A stretch of DNA of 64,000 nt from an uncultured Gammaproteobacteria bacterium (GTDB lineage Bacteria > Patescibacteriota > Patescibacteriia > JAHIZJ01), in contig CAYJKP010000001.1 of NCBI GenBank assembly GCA_964371245.1, positions 53,128 to 117,127 on the forward strand. The letters are read 5' to 3'. The notes under the pieces are model-generated. The model was not told the DNA's origin and did no database searches. It saw nothing but the letters and a program-made list of their open reading frames with translations. The translations under genes were made by a program, and so were the position numbers. Below are positions 59,006 to 64,000 of this stretch, one piece after another (the first letter of the stretch is position 1; every line of letters starts with the position of its first letter).

Positions 59006-60572
59006 ACCAGTTGTCCTGATTATCATGGACGGCTGGGGGGTGGCCGCTCCATCGAAAGGCAATGCCACGACATTAGCGCATATGCCTTTTATTGATTACC
59101 TCCTGGAAAACTACCCGGCTGTATTGCTCGAGGCTGGCGGTATTAGCGTCGGCTTGCCATGGGGAGAAATGGGCAATTCTGAGGTCGGCCACTTGACGAT
59201 CGGGGCCGGCAAAACCGTTTACCAGAGCCTGGCTCGGATCACAAAGGCGGTTGAAAGCGGCGAATTTTTCAAAAACTCGGCGTTTTTAATGGCGCTCGAG
59301 CACATAAAACATAATAATGGCAAACTTCATCTGATCGGACTACTGGGGTACGGCGGCGTTCATGCCCACCAGCTCCATTTAGAAAGCTTGATGCAGCTCG
59401 CTCAAGATCAAGGTTTGGCCAACGTCTATCTGCATTTGTTTCTGGATGGACGCGATACGCCGCGCAAGTCCGCTTTTAAATTTCTCAAAAGCTTACAGGA
59501 ACGGATCCATGAACGGTCGTATGGAAAAATTGCGTCATTATGCGGGCGTTTTTGGAGCATGGACCGGGACAATAAATGGGAACGAACCCAACGCGGGTAT
59601 CAGCTGCTGCGCGATGGTAAGGCTGAGTATACAAGTGAAGATCCAGCGCAGGCGATCCAAGCGTCCTATGACCGGGGAATCTATGACGAGGAGTTAGAGC
59701 CGACGCTCATCACCGAATCAGGCCAACCCGTCGCGACAATTCAGGATAATGACGCGGTTATCTATTTCAATTTCCGGGCAGACCGCGGCCGCCAACTGAC
59801 CCAGGCGTTTGTCGAGGATGATTTCGAAGGATTCGCGCGAGGCCAAAAGCCGAAAAACCTGTTTTTTGTCACCATGACCGAATACAAAAAGGATCTACCG
59901 GTCCAGGTTGCTTTTCCGCGTGAATACGTGCGTGAACCATTGGCCAAGGTTGTCAGTGAAAATAACGGCAAGCAGCTCCATGTAGCGGAGTCGGAGAAAT
60001 ACGCCCACGTGACTTTTTTCATCAATGGGCTGCAGGAAAAAAGTTTTGACGGTGAGGAGCGGGTGCTCATTCCTTCGCCCCTGGTTGATACCTACGCGAA
60101 AACACCGGCGATGTCGAGCGAGCAAATAACCAAGGCTGTCCTAACGGGTTTGCGCAAAAACGAATACAGTCTCGTTATCGTCAATTTTGCCAATCCGGAC
60201 ATGGTCGCGCATACCGGCAATTTGCAGGCAACGATCCAGGCGCTTGAAGCCGATGATACGTTTTTGGAGAAAATAATTACTCATGTTCTTGATCAAGACG
60301 GAACCGTGATCATCACCGCCGACCATGGCAACGCTGAAGAAGTCGTCAAACTGCAAACCGGCGAACCGGACAAAGAGCACAGCTGCCGGTCAGTACCCTG
60401 TTTAATAATCAACAACGCCTTAAAAGGCCGGACGCCGCCCCTGACCAGGGATCGGTTGTATACCCTGCAGAGCCGCGGCACGCTGGTTGATGTCGCCCCG
60501 ACCGTGCTCGCGATTATGGGACTGCAAAAACCGCGTGAGATGGTGGGCATTAATCTACTTAAGGTACTTTAA
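58995..60572 (+). CDS. gpmI: 2,3-bisphosphoglycerate-independent phosphoglycerate mutase (iPGM)
   Basis: KPVVLIIMDGWG N-terminus, Mn-binding DGRD, and ADHGNAE near the C-terminus. Confidence 0.9.
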   Translation: MTSKPVVLIIMDGWGVAAPSKGNATTLAHMPFIDYLLENYPAVLLEAGGISVGLPWGEMGNSEVGHLTIGAGKTVYQSLARITKAVESGEFFKNSAFLMALEHIKHNNGKLHLIGLLGYGGVHAHQLHLESLMQLAQDQGLANVYLHLFLDGRDTPRKSAFKFLKSLQERIHERSYGKIASLCGRFWSMDRDNKWERTQRGYQLLRDGKAEYTSEDPAQAIQASYDRGIYDEELEPTLITESGQPVATIQDNDAVIYFNFRADRGRQLTQAFVEDDFEGFARGQKPKNLFFVTMTEYKKDLPVQVAFPREYVREPLAKVVSENNGKQLHVAESEKYAHVTFFINGLQEKSFDGEERVLIPSPLVDTYAKTPAMSSEQITKAVLTGLRKNEYSLVIVNFANPDMVAHTGNLQATIQALEADDTFLEKIITHVLDQDGTVIITADHGNAEEVVKLQTGEPDKEHSCRSVPCLIINNALKGRTPPLTRDRLYTLQSRGTLVDVAPTVLAIMGLQKPREMVGINLLKVL

Positions 60573-60577
60573 TCTCC

Positions 60578-61057
60578 ATGCGTGAAAAAGAGTTTAACTA
60601 CAGTCAAATAACGAAATACATCTATCTCAGCTCGCGCTTGTACACGCGCAAGGATCTTGAGCAAATTTTACGTTTGGGCGTGCAAGCGAATGTTGATCTT
60701 GAGATGGAAAAAATGGACCGGCCGAAAGACCTCCTGGCCTATCTCTGGATTCCGGTCAAGGATTTTAACTCGCCCTCGCTGGAACAGTTTTTCCTGGGAG
60801 TCGATTTTATCGACCAGCTGGTGCGACGCCGGATTAAAACCATTGTGCATTGCAACGTCGGGTACGGCCGAGCGCCAACATTGGTCGCCGCCTACCTGAT
60901 GGCGATAAAAGGATATTCGTTGAAACGCGCCGTAACGTTTTTAAGCCACAAGCGCCCGGGTGTCCATCCGAGTCCTGGGCAGATTCGCGGCATGAAAACG
61001 TTTATCCGTGCCTTTCGGTTGACCCAAAAAAAGAGCAAGAGCAAAGTGGTTATATAG
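60578..61057 (+). CDS. dual-specificity protein phosphatase (CX5R)
   Basis: HCNVGYGRAPT active-site P-loop. Confidence 0.75.
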   Translation: MREKEFNYSQITKYIYLSSRLYTRKDLEQILRLGVQANVDLEMEKMDRPKDLLAYLWIPVKDFNSPSLEQFFLGVDFIDQLVRRRIKTIVHCNVGYGRAPTLVAAYLMAIKGYSLKRAVTFLSHKRPGVHPSPGQIRGMKTFIRAFRLTQKKSKSKVVI

Positions 61058-61122
61058 GACTTAGACGTCAACGGCCGGAGAACGTTCTAGCCGTTTTTAT
61101 ATTTTCCCGGTATACTAGCACT

Positions 61123-61821
61123 ATGCGTCTCCATGTTTTTTTAGCCAAAGCCGGCATTGCCTCACGACGGACCTGCGAAGAATACATCCGCCGCGGTTTT
61201 GTTATGGTGAATGGAAAGAAAGTAACGGCCATGGGCGTGACGGTTGAACCGGGGAAAGACGTGGTCGAATATAAACACCGAGTCGTAACCCTGGCTCAAT
61301 TACACCGCTTAATTGCCTATTATAAACCTGTCGGGGTTGTTTCGACGATGCAGCGGAGTCAAGAACGGGGCAAGTCGCTGAGCGAAGCGCTGCCGTTTTC
61401 CGAACGACTTTTTCCGATCGGCCGGCTTGATAAGAATTCCGAGGGTCTGTTGCTGCTCACCAACGACGGTGCCCTAGCGCTGCAATTAAGCCATCCGCGC
61501 TACGAGCATGAAAAGGAATACGAGGTTACGGTGGCGCGGCGGTTGGAACCGAATGAACTTGAGCGGCTGCGCCAACCTTTCTCGCTAGACGGCTATCGGA
61601 CCCAGCCAGCACAGATTGAACCAGTCGGTGAGCGAACCTACCGTATTATCTTACACGAAGGTCGGAAACGACAGATTCGGCGGATGTGCGAAAAAATTGG
61701 CGTCCCTGTTCTGCGACTCATTCGCGTGCGTCTGGGCCCGTTCGCGCTCGGCACGCTCCAACCGGGCGCTTGGCAAGAGCTTGATATTCAGCAGGCCCAG
61801 CAAGTGCTCGCCGAAACATGA
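61123..61821 (+). CDS. pseudouridine synthase, RsuA/RluB family
   Basis: S4 domain (RLHVFLAKAGIASRR) and catalytic GRLDKNSEGLLLLTNDG. Start chosen at MRLHV; the ORF-track start is further upstream. Confidence 0.85.
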   Translation: MRLHVFLAKAGIASRRTCEEYIRRGFVMVNGKKVTAMGVTVEPGKDVVEYKHRVVTLAQLHRLIAYYKPVGVVSTMQRSQERGKSLSEALPFSERLFPIGRLDKNSEGLLLLTNDGALALQLSHPRYEHEKEYEVTVARRLEPNELERLRQPFSLDGYRTQPAQIEPVGERTYRIILHEGRKRQIRRMCEKIGVPVLRLIRVRLGPFALGTLQPGAWQELDIQQAQQVLAET

Positions 61822-62492
61822 TACCGTTACGCGATCACAATCCGTCGGGGAAAACCCCATATGTAACGTACGGCCTGATTTGTATTAACGTCGCCGTTTT
61901 TGTCTATATGCTGACCCTTGGCAGTGGGGTTGATGCGTTTATCAGCCGCTACGCGCTCACACCAGCCGATATCCTTCGCGGAACAGGTTGGCTAACGTTC
62001 ATCACCTCGATGTTTATTCACGGTGGCTTTTTGCATATTATTGGAAATATGCTTTTCTTTTATATTTTTGGCGACAACCTGGAAGCGTACCTCGGACGAC
62101 TTAAATTTATCGGTTTCTATCTTGCCAGCGGTATTGTTGCCACGGCTGCGCAATTTCTCATCGCGTCGCATTCCACGGTTCCGCAAATTGGCGCCTCGGG
62201 CGCAATCGCCGGCATCATGGGCGCGTATCTGGCCCTCTTTCCAGAGGCGAGAATTGAAACACTCTGGACGCTGGGTTTTTGGATTCAACGGGTTACTGTG
62301 TCGGCCCGATTCATGCTCCTGTACTGGATCATATTCCAGTTTTTCTACGGTTTTGGCAGTATCGGCGCGCAGGGCGGCGTCGCGTATTTTGCGCATATCG
62401 GTGGTTTCATATTCGGCTACGGATTAATGAAAATCTTCGCCCGCAACCAGGGAAGGAAGATACCGCCGCCGACTCGATACTTCTATCAGTGA
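61818..62492 (+). CDS. rhomboid-family intramembrane serine protease
   Basis: GASGAIAG (GxSG) and AHIGG His motif. Six TM helices. Confidence 0.8.
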   Translation: MIPLRDHNPSGKTPYVTYGLICINVAVFVYMLTLGSGVDAFISRYALTPADILRGTGWLTFITSMFIHGGFLHIIGNMLFFYIFGDNLEAYLGRLKFIGFYLASGIVATAAQFLIASHSTVPQIGASGAIAGIMGAYLALFPEARIETLWTLGFWIQRVTVSARFMLLYWIIFQFFYGFGSIGAQGGVAYFAHIGGFIFGYGLMKIFARNQGRKIPPPTRYFYQ

Positions 62493-62646
62493 CGCCTAGC
62501 GCTTGACAGGAAGAGCGAAATCCTATTAGATACAGACGAAAATAGCAGTGTTGCTCGATAGATTCGGGGACGATCTTTGTCATTGTCCATTCACTCACGG
62601 CTTCGGATACCAGCGGGGCGCTACTCAGTCTCGCAGGAGGCAAGTC

Positions 62647-63762
62647 ATGCCAGGTGTCAGAGTGACCGGCTTTGGTTCTTATGTTCCAGAGCGGGTTGTT
62701 AACAACGCGGAGTTTTCAGATTTGATGAATGCAGAACTTCGTCGTCTGGCGGCGGAGGGACGTATCAATCAAGCGGATCTCGAAGGACTACTGTGTAAGC
62801 CGGACTGGATCGTTGAGCGGACCGGCGTTGAAGAACGCCATCTGGCTGCGCCCGATCAGGCCACAAGCGATCTGGCGGTACCGGCGATCAAGTGTTGCCT
62901 CGGCTGGTCGGGATACCAGCCGATGGATCGGAGCGCACTTGTTGTCGGCACGGTCATGGGTGACGAACCGACCACTCCGACGACGGCAGCGAGAATTCAG
63001 CACAAACTGGGCTGGCCGGTTCGCCATGACGACGGTCGGCTGGTTGACCGCATGATGTACGATACGAGCGCGGCGTGCACAAGCTTTGGCATGGCCCTAG
63101 CGCAACTCGAAGCGCTGATCCGCTCGGGCAACCGAACGGGCGGCGTCGCTGTCGGCGTTGACGTGATGTCGCGGCTGAGGAATCCTTTGCGACGCGGGAT
63201 CGCTCCGCTCTTGGCTGACGCGGGTTTTGCCGTGAGTCTGGAAGCGACCGACGATCCAGCACTGGACTGTTTCCTGCCCGACGGCCAGAGTTTCTTCTTC
63301 GGCGGCGACGGCCAATATGCCGAGGAGATCATCGTTCGAGCTGGTGGCACGAGACAACCGGTTACTCCCGAGATGCTGGCCGACCCGCTGTGCTGGGATA
63401 CCGGCATCTATATGAACGGCAACTCGGTGTTCAGGCTGATCGTCAACCTGGTCAAGAACGAGATCATCCATCAGGCGCTCGCGAAGGCCGGGCTGACCCT
63501 GGCTGACATCGGGCAGTTTATCTTCCACCAGGCGAATCTCCGCATGATTACGCCAATTACGGACAAACTGAAGATCACGCAACGGACCTACAACAACGTC
63601 CAGCGGTATGGGAATACCACATCTGCGTCCGTTGGTCTCTGCTTGGACGAGGCGTATGCGGCTGGCCGGCTGCAACCGGGCATGAATGTCATGATCGTCG
63701 TCTTCGGCGGCGGGTTCACCTGGGGGACGATCATCCTGAAGTGGCCGGAGCTGAGGGTATAG
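62647..63762 (+). CDS. FabH-like 3-oxoacyl-ACP synthase III (KAS III) family, GC-rich
   Basis: AGGAGG RBS 7 nt upstream. Catalytic Cys (AACTSF), His (HQANLRM) and Asn (YGNTTSASV). Confidence 0.75.
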   Translation: MPGVRVTGFGSYVPERVVNNAEFSDLMNAELRRLAAEGRINQADLEGLLCKPDWIVERTGVEERHLAAPDQATSDLAVPAIKCCLGWSGYQPMDRSALVVGTVMGDEPTTPTTAARIQHKLGWPVRHDDGRLVDRMMYDTSAACTSFGMALAQLEALIRSGNRTGGVAVGVDVMSRLRNPLRRGIAPLLADAGFAVSLEATDDPALDCFLPDGQSFFFGGDGQYAEEIIVRAGGTRQPVTPEMLADPLCWDTGIYMNGNSVFRLIVNLVKNEIIHQALAKAGLTLADIGQFIFHQANLRMITPITDKLKITQRTYNNVQRYGNTTSASVGLCLDEAYAAGRLQPGMNVMIVVFGGGFTWGTIILKWPELRV

Positions 63763-63888
63763 CTGTTGAATCGCACAACCAACGAGGGGTTTGCGGGAGA
63801 GTCTTCGGACGGCTCCCTTTTTTCTTGCCAAACGCCAGGTACTTTGGTATGATGCGGGCAAGAGTAATTATCCATAATTTTTTTTACC

Positions 63889-64000
63889 ATGAAAATACAA
63901 GTTCAACGTGACCTGTGCATCAGCGCCGCTTCATGCGTAGCGGTGGCGCCAGGGGTATTTCAGCTCGATACCGAGGGTAAGGTGTACGTTGTTGATCCAA
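63889..64000 (+). CDS. ferredoxin-like protein, partial (runs off window end)
   Basis: MKIQVQRDLCISAASCVAVAPGVFQLDTEGKVYVVDP resembles small single-cluster ferredoxins (DLCIGxGxCxxxAPxVFxxDDDG). Confidence 0.45.
   Translation, partial: MKIQVQRDLCISAASCVAVAPGVFQLDTEGKVYVVDP

Noticed and set aside
63097-63861. 254-aa minus-strand ORF antisense to the FabH-like gene
   Set aside because: Shadow ORF in GC-rich DNA. The plus-strand gene carries the catalytic triad and an RBS.

Overview
This 64-kb window is a compact, gene-dense bacterial chromosomal segment with short intergenic spacers and many small hypothetical genes, a gene content typical of small-genome (CPR/Patescibacteria-like) lineages; that taxonomic impression is inference only. 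Bulk GC is moderate, but several patches are visibly GC-rich and one gene is strongly AT-rich.

Housekeeping genes I can support from sequence:
- truD, uvrA, and groES-groEL preceded by a perfect CIRCE operator
- PEP synthase (ppsA)
- a dnaG-rpoD operon followed by tRNA-Asn
- iPGM, an RluB/RsuA-type pseudouridine synthase, a rhomboid protease, a ROK kinase, cyclophilin, an RRM protein, rubrerythrin and a NUDIX hydrolase
- a SufS-like cysteine desulfurase and a two-component pair
- tRNA-Ser(GGA) and tRNA-Asn(GUU)

Most notable observations:
1. A giant alpha-2-macroglobulin-family protein (1847 aa) carries an embedded Hint/bacterial-intein-like domain with a non-nucleophilic +1 residue. It sits in a cluster of very large secreted proteins: an S8 protease with FG-GAP repeats, an SbsA-Ig protein with a C39-like C-terminus, and a Memo-like orphan.
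2. The tRNA-Asn gene is followed by a highly structured partial duplicate of the same tRNA, with three hairpin-rich insertions.
3. An isolated AT-rich orphan gene carries a HEPN-like Rx4H motif.
4. A polyamine-type module comprises a deoxyhypusine-synthase-like gene, a PurD-like ATP-grasp gene and an agmatinase.
5. GC-rich patches include a FabH-like KAS III plus a partial ferredoxin, a CDP-alcohol phosphatidyltransferase, and an FHA-like pair next to tRNA-Ser.
6. Also present are tandem paralogous small membrane proteins, two BNR-repeat secreted proteins, and a surface protein with an N/T-rich tandem-repeat stalk.

I found no CRISPR array, rRNA gene, integrase or transposase.
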